64,000 bases of DNA, taken from a virus. The notes under the pieces were generated by a model, which made no database searches, was not told where the DNA came from, and saw nothing but the letters and a program-made list of their open reading frames with translations. The stretch covers positions 68,002-132,001 of IMG/VR virus record IMGVR_UViG_3300032242_002920. One strand, 5' to 3'. This document shows, piece after piece, positions 27,196 to 36,010 of the stretch. The translations under genes and the position numbers were made by a program. Numbering within the stretch: position 1 is the first letter of the stretch; each line of letters opens with the position of its first letter.

Positions 27196-28236
27196 ATGTC
27201 ACAGATCACCCCTTATTTGGGACTCACAGTATGGAACGATTTGGCGGATCCTTACGATTCGTCTCAACTCGTTGATAATTTTATTAAGATCGATAATCAC
27301 GACCATACTGGCGGCGGTAAGGGCATCCAAATTGATACCGCAGCGATTAAAGATTCTGCTGTAACGACAGCTAAAATTGCTGACGGAGCAATTACCAATT
27401 CAGATGTTAATGCAAGCGCAGGAATTGTAGATACTAAGCTTTCCACTATTTCAACTGCTGGTAAGGTATCTAATAGCGCTCTTGCCAATGCTGGCGTAAC
27501 CGCCATTAACGGAACGTCTGTGACACTGGGATCACCGGCAACAATTACTGCTGCTCCTACCGGAACCGCAGGTGGCGACCTTACTGGAACCTACCCAAAT
27601 CCAACCCTTTCAACAACTGGAGTTAACGCTGGCACTTATAGTAATGTAACTGTTGATACTAAGGGTCGCGTTAGCGCTGGAACAAAAATTGATTATGGTA
27701 CCGGTCCGTTACCTACTTCTCCGTCTGCTGGCGACGAATACTACTATGTTGCAGACTCTACAGATGGAGTAGTTTGGCACCTTAGATACAAGGACTCAAC
27801 TAATAAATGGGAATTTGTTGGTGGAGCGCCATTGGCTGCCGTTCAAAATATTGGCACAAGCTCTACTTTAAATGCTGCAACATTAGGTACATCTTATGTT
27901 TACGCGCTTACGTCGGGAGTTTCGGGACCATCATTGACCGTTCCATTTGCTGGAACATATAGAATAGAATTTGGATTTGATGCTTCTAATTCAAATAATG
28001 ACAAAATAATTGGAATGGGTTTGTTTACAAGTTCTACTGCTAATACTAATTTAATTAATGGAGCCGAACTTTCAATTTCTTGTCATGCTAACGGCGAAAC
28101 TTACACTTCTGCTAAATTTGTTCATTATTACACGTTTGCTACCGCTCCTACTATTTACTCTCAATTTAAAAATTCTGCAAACACTGCAACTGTTTCAAAC
28201 AGATGGATTTCAATTACTCCATCTAAACTAGGATAA
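27196..28236 (+). CDS. tail fibre/receptor-binding protein 1
   Basis: [13 protein letters not shown] and [13 protein letters not shown]...VTVDTKGRV fibre repeats; beta-rich C-terminus. Confidence 0.7.
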   Translation: MSQITPYLGLTVWNDLADPYDSSQLVDNFIKIDNHDHTGGGKGIQIDTAAIKDSAVTTAKIADGAITNSDVNASAGIVDTKLSTISTAGKVSNSALANAGVTAINGTSVTLGSPATITAAPTGTAGGDLTGTYPNPTLSTTGVNAGTYSNVTVDTKGRVSAGTKIDYGTGPLPTSPSAGDEYYYVADSTDGVVWHLRYKDSTNKWEFVGGAPLAAVQNIGTSSTLNAATLGTSYVYALTSGVSGPSLTVPFAGTYRIEFGFDASNSNNDKIIGMGLFTSSTANTNLINGAELSISCHANGETYTSAKFVHYYTFATAPTIYSQFKNSANTATVSNRWISITPSKLG

Positions 28237-28238
28237 CA

Positions 28239-29177
28239 ATGGCTCAAGTAACACCAAATCTCGCACTTACAGTATGGAACAGTCTTACTGATCCTTACGA
28301 TTCTGGTCAACTTGCCGATAACTTTGTAAAAATTGATCTTCACGATCACTCTGGCGGTGGTCATGGTTTGCAAATTGATGGCAGCAAGAGCATCGTTCCA
28401 AATACTATTACTGATGTTCAACTTGCTACTAATAGCGTCGGTACTGCCGAAATTCAATCTGGAGCAGTTGCTGCTGATGAACTCGCAGATGGTCAAATTA
28501 GCAGATCAAAGTTTTCTACTGCCGTTGGTACAACTGGCGGTAACGGGTCCCCACTTTACGTTTCCCAAGGCAACCCGCTTCCAACTGGCGCTGCTACAGG
28601 AGACGAAGTTTACTATCAAGCAAGTAATGGAACTACTCCTACTCCAGTAACTGCAATGTGGCATTTTAGATACAATGGAACCAGTTGGGATTTCATCGGC
28701 GGCCCTCCACTTTTTGATTTTGATACTACGGATATCTCAGCTTCTCCTTCTCTTGATACATGGTATACTTATTATGGTGGCAGGGCTTTAAATTCTCTCG
28801 CACTTCCGTTTGCTGGCACTTATGTTGCGCATTACAAAATGGTAATTGATGTAACTGGTCAAAGTTCTGGAAATTATGGCAATTTTGGAATTGGAATTAA
28901 CTATGGTGCAATTGCCACTTCAAGTACAAATACTCAAACCCCCTTACTTGATTCTCCTAGTTATAAACGATTCGATCAAAATTCCGGTACCGGTACATTT
29001 GTAGAGACCGCTGGAAATGGTTATCAATTCTCCGTATCTGCGAGTACAACATCTACTAATAGATATCTAAAACAATCGATTAATATACAAGCATCACATA
29101 CTGACACTACTCCGCCTACTGCAATTAGGTATCAGTCTTTGTCAATCTTACCCGTAACAGTAACAAACTGGTCATAG
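28239..29177 (+). CDS. tail fibre/receptor-binding protein 2
   Basis: N-terminus paralogous to 27196 gene (LTVWN.L.DPYDS.QL.DNF.KID.HDH). Confidence 0.7.
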   Translation: MAQVTPNLALTVWNSLTDPYDSGQLADNFVKIDLHDHSGGGHGLQIDGSKSIVPNTITDVQLATNSVGTAEIQSGAVAADELADGQISRSKFSTAVGTTGGNGSPLYVSQGNPLPTGAATGDEVYYQASNGTTPTPVTAMWHFRYNGTSWDFIGGPPLFDFDTTDISASPSLDTWYTYYGGRALNSLALPFAGTYVAHYKMVIDVTGQSSGNYGNFGIGINYGAIATSSTNTQTPLLDSPSYKRFDQNSGTGTFVETAGNGYQFSVSASTTSTNRYLKQSINIQASHTDTTPPTAIRYQSLSILPVTVTNWS

Positions 29178-29185
29178 GAATATAA

Positions 29186-30019
29186 ATGGCAACTCAAAAT
29201 AACAACATGAACCTTTATCAATGGAATCTAGCGACAGATTCATTTGATTATAATCAACTTTCTACAAATTTTAAAACTATTGCCGATCACACTCACGAAC
29301 CCGGCAAGGGCGTTCAAATTCCAACCGGAGGAATTGTAGATCAAGCTATTACTTCTGATAAACTTGGGCCGGGAGCGGTAACTAACGGTAAACTTGGTAC
29401 CGCTGCCGTGCTTACGGGTAATCTTGGAGTAGGTATTCAACCTACTGGTAACATGATTACGTCATCGACCCTCTCAGGTCTTACGGGCCTTTACAATGGT
29501 TATACTATTGACTTTACAGATAGTACTACACTCCCTTCGTATGTTTGGCGTTTGCGTTATGATGGTACTTCAAAATGGTACTATGTAGGCGGAACGCCTT
29601 ACACCAATTTTCAATCACCATCTTCAACCGCTGTCAGAACGTCTTCGCCAACAACTTATGGAAGTTTAAATTCTACTGGGGCAACTACGGCCTCTCTTAC
29701 CGCACCAGTCGCGGGCAAATATATTGTGGATTTTTGGGGCGTCATTGGTCGTCAATCAGTTGCTAATGATGGAGCTGGGCCTGTTTATATGTCTGTAAAA
29801 AATGGAAGTACTGCCGCTACTGACGCAGATTCTTTTAGCGCACACATTACGGTAACAGGTTCAGATAAAGCTTACACGGGAATGCGTTCAACCGTTATGA
29901 CAGTTGCAGCCGGAGACGCATTGCTTTGTCAATTTAAAGCAGATAATACCGCCACGGCTAACAATGTTACGGTTAATCGTCACGGAATTTCAATCAGGCC
30001 AATTTACTTTGGCTCATAG
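29186..30019 (+). CDS. tail fibre/receptor-binding protein 3
   Basis: Same architecture (WN..D.FD..QL..NF..I..HTH..GKGVQI; WRLRY...W.YVGG.P). Confidence 0.68.
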   Translation: MATQNNNMNLYQWNLATDSFDYNQLSTNFKTIADHTHEPGKGVQIPTGGIVDQAITSDKLGPGAVTNGKLGTAAVLTGNLGVGIQPTGNMITSSTLSGLTGLYNGYTIDFTDSTTLPSYVWRLRYDGTSKWYYVGGTPYTNFQSPSSTAVRTSSPTTYGSLNSTGATTASLTAPVAGKYIVDFWGVIGRQSVANDGAGPVYMSVKNGSTAATDADSFSAHITVTGSDKAYTGMRSTVMTVAAGDALLCQFKADNTATANNVTVNRHGISIRPIYFGS

Positions 30020-30037
30020 TTAAGTTAGGAGAAAAAT

Positions 30038-30424
30038 ATGTCACAAACAGATGACATTATTAAATCAACAGAACAGTTAGCAGGATTTGCAGCCGAATTA
30101 ACCGATTATGAAGTTGGAGCGGTCGGTAAAATTATTGGCAAAATTCAGCGCAAATACGCTCATAGGCCTAATAGCCCAGAAGTACTTGATCAACTTCGAG
30201 ACGAAGTAATTACCACGCTCGCGGAACAACTTAATATTTTGGCAACACTGGACCCAACCCCATGTTTTCACGGCGAACCCCCAATTGTTGAAATTTTAGG
30301 CAAGGTCGCTGGCGATAATATCCATAAAGATGGATTTGATCACGAACGTAAGTATTGGGAAGTACAGAAAGCTAACGAACTTGGCGAAGCATATCGCGGT
30401 CAAAAAGAAAAGCATAATGGATGA
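30038..30424 (+). CDS. hypothetical protein upstream of terminase
   Basis: AGGAG RBS, coupled to terminase. Confidence 0.6.
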   Translation: MSQTDDIIKSTEQLAGFAAELTDYEVGAVGKIIGKIQRKYAHRPNSPEVLDQLRDEVITTLAEQLNILATLDPTPCFHGEPPIVEILGKVAGDNIHKDGFDHERKYWEVQKANELGEAYRGQKEKHNG

Positions 30425-32472
30425 CCGATCTAGACCTTTTAGGACAACTAGAGGCTAATTTTAATCGCAGAAAAGTCGGTATTACAGAGTTTGCCGAAAG
30501 TAAGGAATTTTGCGGTAGAATTTTATATCCAAGACAGAGGCTTCTTCTTAAACTCTTTTTCCTTGAGGATCTGACCGAGGAAGAGGAACGAATCCTTGAT
30601 CTTTGGATTGCCGGAGGCGGCAAGGGGGATAATATTGAAATATCGCCTAATATTCGAGAACGCATTCAATGGTGCAAGGATAACGGGTACCAGCATTTTC
30701 GTGAAATTGTTCTTGTTGGCGGTCGCCGTTGCTCTAAAGGTTTCATTACTGGTCTTTCTATCTCAAAGAAAATTTATGATACCTTGCAGTTGCAAGACCC
30801 TAATGCTCATTATGGCATTGACGCAGACAAAGAGATTTACTTTTCTGTAATTGCTGCCGCTCAAGATCAGGCTAAGGATCAGCAATATGCTGACGTTTCG
30901 GGCATGGTTAACTCTTGCATGTCTATGCAGCGATACATTAACAAGATGCAGGAGCTTGAATTCAGTCTTTATACTGAAGCTGACCTTCGTAAAATGGCTA
31001 GTTGGAAGCGTCAAGGTCGTAAGGTGATGCGAGACACCGCTACAATCCGTGGTAAGGCCCTTCCAGCTAACTCTCGTACTATTCGTGGTTCTGCCACTAT
31101 GGTTTTTGCATTTGACGAATTTGCTCACTTTATGCAAGGCGACTCTGATCAATCTGATTCAGAGGTATACGCGGCTGCTATTCCTGCTCTCGCACAGTTT
31201 GGTACTGCTGGCATGATTTTTGCTAACTCTTCGCCTTATTCTAAGGTCGGTAAGTTTTATGAGCGTTATGAGAACGCCATGGCAACTGAAAATGGCAATG
31301 CTATGTCACCTATGACTCTTGGCATTAAACTTCCATCTTGGGCATTGTTTGATGGTTGGTGGGAAGATCCACTTTACATCGGTCCTAAGAAGTGCGTTAC
31401 CGTGTCTCCAGATTGGGATGTTAATTTACGGTTACCAAATTCGGATGAGTTTTTCTATACTAATGAAGACCGTCAAGCTATTATTCAGATGCGAGAAGAT
31501 GAACGTCAAGATCCTGAGAAGTTCAAGGTAGAAAGACGCGCTAACTTTGCTGAAGTTATTGATTCATATCTTGATGCTGCTAAGGTTGATCGCATGTTCA
31601 AAGGCGTTCCAATTGGAAAAGATGATGAGGGTCTTGTTTATGAACCTTTGAAAATTAATCGAACTGATTCTACTTATATGAATCAATATTTTGCTCATCT
31701 TGATCCCTCATCCACCACTGCCGGATTTGGATTTGCTCTTGGTCACACCGAAATGTTTAATATTGACGGTAAAGAAGAAGAGCATGTTATTTTTGATATT
31801 ATTCAAAGATGGAATCCGTCAGACTTTGAAGATTCCACAATTGATTGGGAACCAATTCTTGAAGAAATTATGGAATTATGCACAATTTTCAGACCGGTTC
31901 AATTAACTATGGATCAACATCAAAGCTCGTGGCCTATTTCATTTTTGCGTAAAACATTAAGAAACAAAGGCATTGAAACAAGGGTTTATGAAAAAACTGC
32001 AACATCCATGAACAATTGGAACCGAGCAGAAATTTTTAAAACTGCAATTAATCAAAATAAAATTCACGCTCCTTATGATACGGCTGATTGTCAATATGCT
32101 AGCCTAGAATTAAAATTCCTTCAAGAGATTAAATCTGCTAGAATTCCAAGGGTGGAAAAACAAGAAGTTGGTCCAGTTCAAACTAAAGATATTGCAGACG
32201 CCATGATGGAAGTTGTCGAAGCTGCTATTGGAGATTCCATGGCCAAGGAAACTAGGGCCGATTTGGGAGAGGGAATAAGGATGGGATCGCCCGGTGGTTA
32301 TGCTATGGGAGGTCGTGAATCCGCTTCTTCTGGGGAGCTTTCACACTTTTATGGTAAGCGTCAAGGAGAGCAATATTTGTCGGGATCAATGAGTAGAAAA
32401 CAAAACCCCGTGTCTCCAACTAGAAGGCCCGTTGGTGGTAGACCAGTTTATCGCGGTCTTCCTAACAGATAA
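30421..32472 (+). CDS. terL: terminase large subunit
   Basis: LYPRQ, VGGRRCSK Walker A, FAFDEFAH Walker B, NSSP, AHLDPS and KDIADA nuclease motifs. Confidence 0.85.
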   Translation: MTDLDLLGQLEANFNRRKVGITEFAESKEFCGRILYPRQRLLLKLFFLEDLTEEEERILDLWIAGGGKGDNIEISPNIRERIQWCKDNGYQHFREIVLVGGRRCSKGFITGLSISKKIYDTLQLQDPNAHYGIDADKEIYFSVIAAAQDQAKDQQYADVSGMVNSCMSMQRYINKMQELEFSLYTEADLRKMASWKRQGRKVMRDTATIRGKALPANSRTIRGSATMVFAFDEFAHFMQGDSDQSDSEVYAAAIPALAQFGTAGMIFANSSPYSKVGKFYERYENAMATENGNAMSPMTLGIKLPSWALFDGWWEDPLYIGPKKCVTVSPDWDVNLRLPNSDEFFYTNEDRQAIIQMREDERQDPEKFKVERRANFAEVIDSYLDAAKVDRMFKGVPIGKDDEGLVYEPLKINRTDSTYMNQYFAHLDPSSTTAGFGFALGHTEMFNIDGKEEEHVIFDIIQRWNPSDFEDSTIDWEPILEEIMELCTIFRPVQLTMDQHQSSWPISFLRKTLRNKGIETRVYEKTATSMNNWNRAEIFKTAINQNKIHAPYDTADCQYASLELKFLQEIKSARIPRVEKQEVGPVQTKDIADAMMEVVEAAIGDSMAKETRADLGEGIRMGSPGGYAMGGRESASSGELSHFYGKRQGEQYLSGSMSRKQNPVSPTRRPVGGRPVYRGLPNR

Positions 32473-32512
32473 TAACTAGAAAAGTTATTATAACAACATT
32501 GTAATCATTGAG

Positions 32513-33460
32513 ATGAACTCAGACCCAACTTATATTTTCAAAAATGGTAAGGTTTACACTTACCAAAACGGAAAGATCGTAGCTTCAGTTGAAGAAGAAC
32601 TTTTCGTAGAAGAAGAGGCAGCACATCTAGCCTCAGCAGAAGATGCAACTCATGTTGTGACCCCCAACGGACTCAAGGGCAAGGTTCTTGGTCGCGTTAA
32701 GGGCCTATGGGAGGACGAAGTAACTATTCGTTTTGAGAATGGTCGCATTGCCTCGCTCCCTGTTAGCAAGCTTACTTTCTCTAACGAAGAGGAAGAAGAA
32801 GAAAAGCATGACAATATTAAGGATCTTGAAAAGAAGGTAGAGTCTTCAATTTCAGTATATGACGCCGCTACAATTGAAAGTCGGGTTCGCGAGCTTGATC
32901 AAATCAAGGTTGAGGCCTCATTGTTTATTGATGCTGGCCTTTCTGATGAAGATCTTCAGCGCGTAGCTTCGGTTATTACGCAAGCTAATTATGAAATGGA
33001 AGAGATTGGCGATGTAATTCGCGCCCTTGAAGAAGGACACACCTCAGCTTACGAGGCTCCCGCTCCATTTGAAATTCATGTTGTAGAGCAAGGCGGCCCA
33101 ACTAATGGTCACGATTCAAGTTGGCTTGATGGTGCTATTAACGAAATGGTTGTTGAGGCTAATTCAACTGATTACACAAAACTTATGGATGAAGGCCCAG
33201 AGGCCTTTGTCGCTGGACTCGATCACGAAACACTTTCGGATTCAGGAACAGTTCGTTCACTTGCTTCAAATTGGATCCGTTCAAAGACTGCGGCTGCCGA
33301 CGATGATGTACGTGAAAAGTACGAGAAGGTATGGCTTGCTCGCGTCGAAGAGCAGCGCCGTGCTTCGCTTACAGAAGTAAAAGAAGAGATGCACAAGGAG
33401 GCTGCTGCCGAAGAATCCGTCAATTATGACGAAATTGGCGACGACTCACTATTCATGTAA
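32513..33460 (+). CDS. acidic putative virion/head-assembly protein
   Basis: Between terminase and portal; SH3-like segment then helical acidic region. Confidence 0.55.
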   Translation: MNSDPTYIFKNGKVYTYQNGKIVASVEEELFVEEEAAHLASAEDATHVVTPNGLKGKVLGRVKGLWEDEVTIRFENGRIASLPVSKLTFSNEEEEEEKHDNIKDLEKKVESSISVYDAATIESRVRELDQIKVEASLFIDAGLSDEDLQRVASVITQANYEMEEIGDVIRALEEGHTSAYEAPAPFEIHVVEQGGPTNGHDSSWLDGAINEMVVEANSTDYTKLMDEGPEAFVAGLDHETLSDSGTVRSLASNWIRSKTAAADDDVREKYEKVWLARVEEQRRASLTEVKEEMHKEAAAEESVNYDEIGDDSLFM

Positions 33461-33461
33461 T

Positions 33462-33632
33462 ATGCATAAACCGCTTACGACAGAATCAGCAATGAAATGT
33501 TCGTGCGGATGCACTGCAATTACATATTGTGTTGAGAGTTCCCCAAAAGCAGTAGCTTGCCCCAGATGTGCAACAGTACATAAAGTAGAAAAACCCCAAA
33601 ATATAAAAATATACGCGTTTAGGTTAATTTAA
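33462..33632 (+). CDS. small Zn-ribbon protein
   Basis: CSCG...CPRC. Confidence 0.5.
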   Translation: MHKPLTTESAMKCSCGCTAITYCVESSPKAVACPRCATVHKVEKPQNIKIYAFRLI

Positions 33633-35473
33633 TGAGTGGAATTTTTGAACATCTTGAAATGTTTGACGAAGGCAAGAAAGTTTCTGCCCGTCAAGCCCTT
33701 GCAGTAGCAAACAAGCGTTTTAACGACCAGTTTGCCGATTTTCTTCGTTCTGCTTCAAGCGAGAAAGAATTTAATAGCCGTCTTGCTCTTGTAGAGGGCG
33801 ATATCACTAACATGATTAATGATGTTGCTTACGAGTATGATGGAAACGCAGATAATCTTAAAACTGCCCTTCTTAATACGGTTAAGGATCTTCGCACTGC
33901 TACTGAACCCCCTCACCTTGAGGTTCAGGATGAAGAGCAGTATGCGGCACAACATTCCGAAGTTCCGCCATGGCTCAAGAAGCAGGATGATGACGAAGAT
34001 CAGGAAGATGGCGGTAATCGCAAAGATTCCGCTACCGACAAGTGTGAAAAGTGCGAATGCGATCCATGCGAATGCAATGAACACGAGAGTAAGACCGCAG
34101 ACATTCACTCTCAACCAGTTGCAAATCCTGTCCCTTTAGCTGAAACTCCCGGCTACACTGCTGGTGGTCAAGATATTGAAACAACTCTTGAAAACGCTCC
34201 TAGCGCCGTTGGCACGGGTCATGAAGCTGGCGCTCATAAGGTTGAGCAAAAAGATGGAGAGTTTTTTGTAATTGAAGATGGCGATGAGAAGGCCGCTGGC
34301 CCTTTTGATTCTAGGGAAGAGGCAGAAACCCGCGCCGATAAACTTAATGGACTTGAGAATCTTGAAAAAGAAGGATCCATCACCCCTCCTATGGCAAAGG
34401 CTATTGCTCTTAAGGAGGCTGCCGCTCAAGGCAAGAAGCGTATTTTTTTTGCTGCTAAGCCTGAAACCGGCGATAAGACAGAGGAGAATGAGAGCCTTCC
34501 TACTGGCAATGAGGATGCTCATGACGGTCCTTCACCTAAAATTGATAAGACAAAGTGGAAGCCAAATGCCACTAATCCAGATGGCAACCTAAAGCCAATT
34601 GAGACTGAGGGCGACAATTCTCCTAATCCTACTCGTCATATGGATATTAAGGATAAGCCTGATTACGAGCGGGATACACTTGAAAATCTTAAAGAGTATG
34701 ACAACAATGTTTGGGAACGCGAGCAACTTCCATCAGCCGATGACAATGCCGGTTTTGACGGTACTCGCAATATTGATCAACCCACTAAGGCAGCAGAGAC
34801 TTTCCCTAATAAAAATCAAGCTGAGCCTGTAACTAACGTTTCATTACCCGAAGCTCTTGCCGAGAAAAAGATTGCCGGTTATCTTGAGAAGGTTGCAGTT
34901 TTTGAGGACGAGCGCGATATTATCGCTCAGCATATTCCCGATGACTACATTCCTTTTCCCGGTTTTTGGCAAGAAATGGCCAATCTTAAAAGAAAAGGTA
35001 TTTCGGACGATGTTATTAGGGACCTTCTTTATGGATCATGGCGAGCCGATCAAGAGCCAGAATTTTTAGAATCAATTGGTATTACTCCTTTGCGCGATCC
35101 TTCAGAATGGAAGAGCGATGAGGAACTTGAGCGCGAAGATCGGGCAAGAAATATGCTTCAAGAGGAAAGCGAAGCCCCTCTTGCTCCTAGACTGTCTCCA
35201 GAAGACGCCCTTGCCGAAGCTCTTGCTCAGCAACCTTCTGAAGAACCCGCTGAAGCACTTGCTGAGGAGCCTACTGAAGATATTTCAGAAGAACCAATTG
35301 CTGAAGAAACCCCAGAAGAGATTGAAGAAATTATCGAAGAGGGCGACAAGCCTAATGATCGCGTAAAGGTTGTTCATGAAGAAGATGAAGATACTTTTGA
35401 CAAAGAACCATCTAATGATGATCTTGAAAGCATCATGCGCGAAATTGAGGAGAACCCAGATGATTGGCAATGA
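33632..35473 (+). CDS. very acidic, largely disordered putative head/scaffold protein
   Basis: 613 aa Glu/Asp/Pro rich; CEKCECDPCEC; several K-x-A motifs. Confidence 0.55.
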   Translation: MSGIFEHLEMFDEGKKVSARQALAVANKRFNDQFADFLRSASSEKEFNSRLALVEGDITNMINDVAYEYDGNADNLKTALLNTVKDLRTATEPPHLEVQDEEQYAAQHSEVPPWLKKQDDDEDQEDGGNRKDSATDKCEKCECDPCECNEHESKTADIHSQPVANPVPLAETPGYTAGGQDIETTLENAPSAVGTGHEAGAHKVEQKDGEFFVIEDGDEKAAGPFDSREEAETRADKLNGLENLEKEGSITPPMAKAIALKEAAAQGKKRIFFAAKPETGDKTEENESLPTGNEDAHDGPSPKIDKTKWKPNATNPDGNLKPIETEGDNSPNPTRHMDIKDKPDYERDTLENLKEYDNNVWEREQLPSADDNAGFDGTRNIDQPTKAAETFPNKNQAEPVTNVSLPEALAEKKIAGYLEKVAVFEDERDIIAQHIPDDYIPFPGFWQEMANLKRKGISDDVIRDLLYGSWRADQEPEFLESIGITPLRDPSEWKSDEELEREDRARNMLQEESEAPLAPRLSPEDALAEALAQQPSEEPAEALAEEPTEDISEEPIAEETPEEIEEIIEEGDKPNDRVKVVHEEDEDTFDKEPSNDDLESIMREIEENPDDWQ

Positions 35474-35518
35474 TTGTCCTTGCGGCGGAGATTGCACCTG
35501 CACTAAGGGTAGGTAATT

Positions 35519-35941
35519 ATGTCTTTCCGTTTTGGAGGAACTGATTACGAAATTGACAGGGCTATTGCCCAGCACGAAAATTTTCCATTTATTTCAAAAA
35601 GTAAATGCGAATGCTGGAATGGCTACGAGCGCGTACCCGGAACAAAACCTTGCGCGCCCGGCTCTTGCAAAAAATGTGATTCGCACTCTAAAAAAGAATC
35701 TTCTCAAGGCGATAAACCTTCTCCTAATGCGGCTACTGCTGTATTTGATGCACTTTGTTCTGGTGATAAAGATCAAGCTACCGAATTGCTTGGTCATACT
35801 GATTGCCCCGAAGGTTGTGAAGTTCACGCCGAGGGTAAATGTAATCATGGTTACATGAGTGCAGGTCGTACCCGTGTTCGTTATCTTGTAGGCGGCGATC
35901 CTTTTGACAAAAAGGACGAGTCAACAGGTCCTGTTCAATAA
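35519..35941 (+). CDS. Cys-rich hypothetical protein
   Basis: CWNGYERVPGTKP..PGSCKK and CPEGCEVHAEGKCNHG modules. Confidence 0.6.
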   Translation: MSFRFGGTDYEIDRAIAQHENFPFISKSKCECWNGYERVPGTKPCAPGSCKKCDSHSKKESSQGDKPSPNAATAVFDALCSGDKDQATELLGHTDCPEGCEVHAEGKCNHGYMSAGRTRVRYLVGGDPFDKKDESTGPVQ

Positions 35942-35942
35942 C

Positions 35943-35971
35943 TTGCATTTTTCTGTTAAACCTGCTATCCT
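35943..35971 (+). promoter_or_regulatory. promoter upstream of portal
   Basis: TTGCAT-17-TATCCT with TG extended -10. Confidence 0.5.
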
Positions 35972-36010
35972 AAAGACAGGAAGAAGGGTCACAACAAGCC
36001 CTTAATTGAT

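Noticed and set aside
27196-30019. Diversity-generating retroelement or invertible tail-fibre switch
   Set aside because: No reverse transcriptase, invertase or near-identical TR/VR repeats seen in this window.
5423-32472. Inteins or introns in recA, dnaE, dnaB, nrdJ or terminase
   Set aside because: Lengths are normal, ORFs are continuous and no intein ends or LAGLIDADG motifs were recognised.
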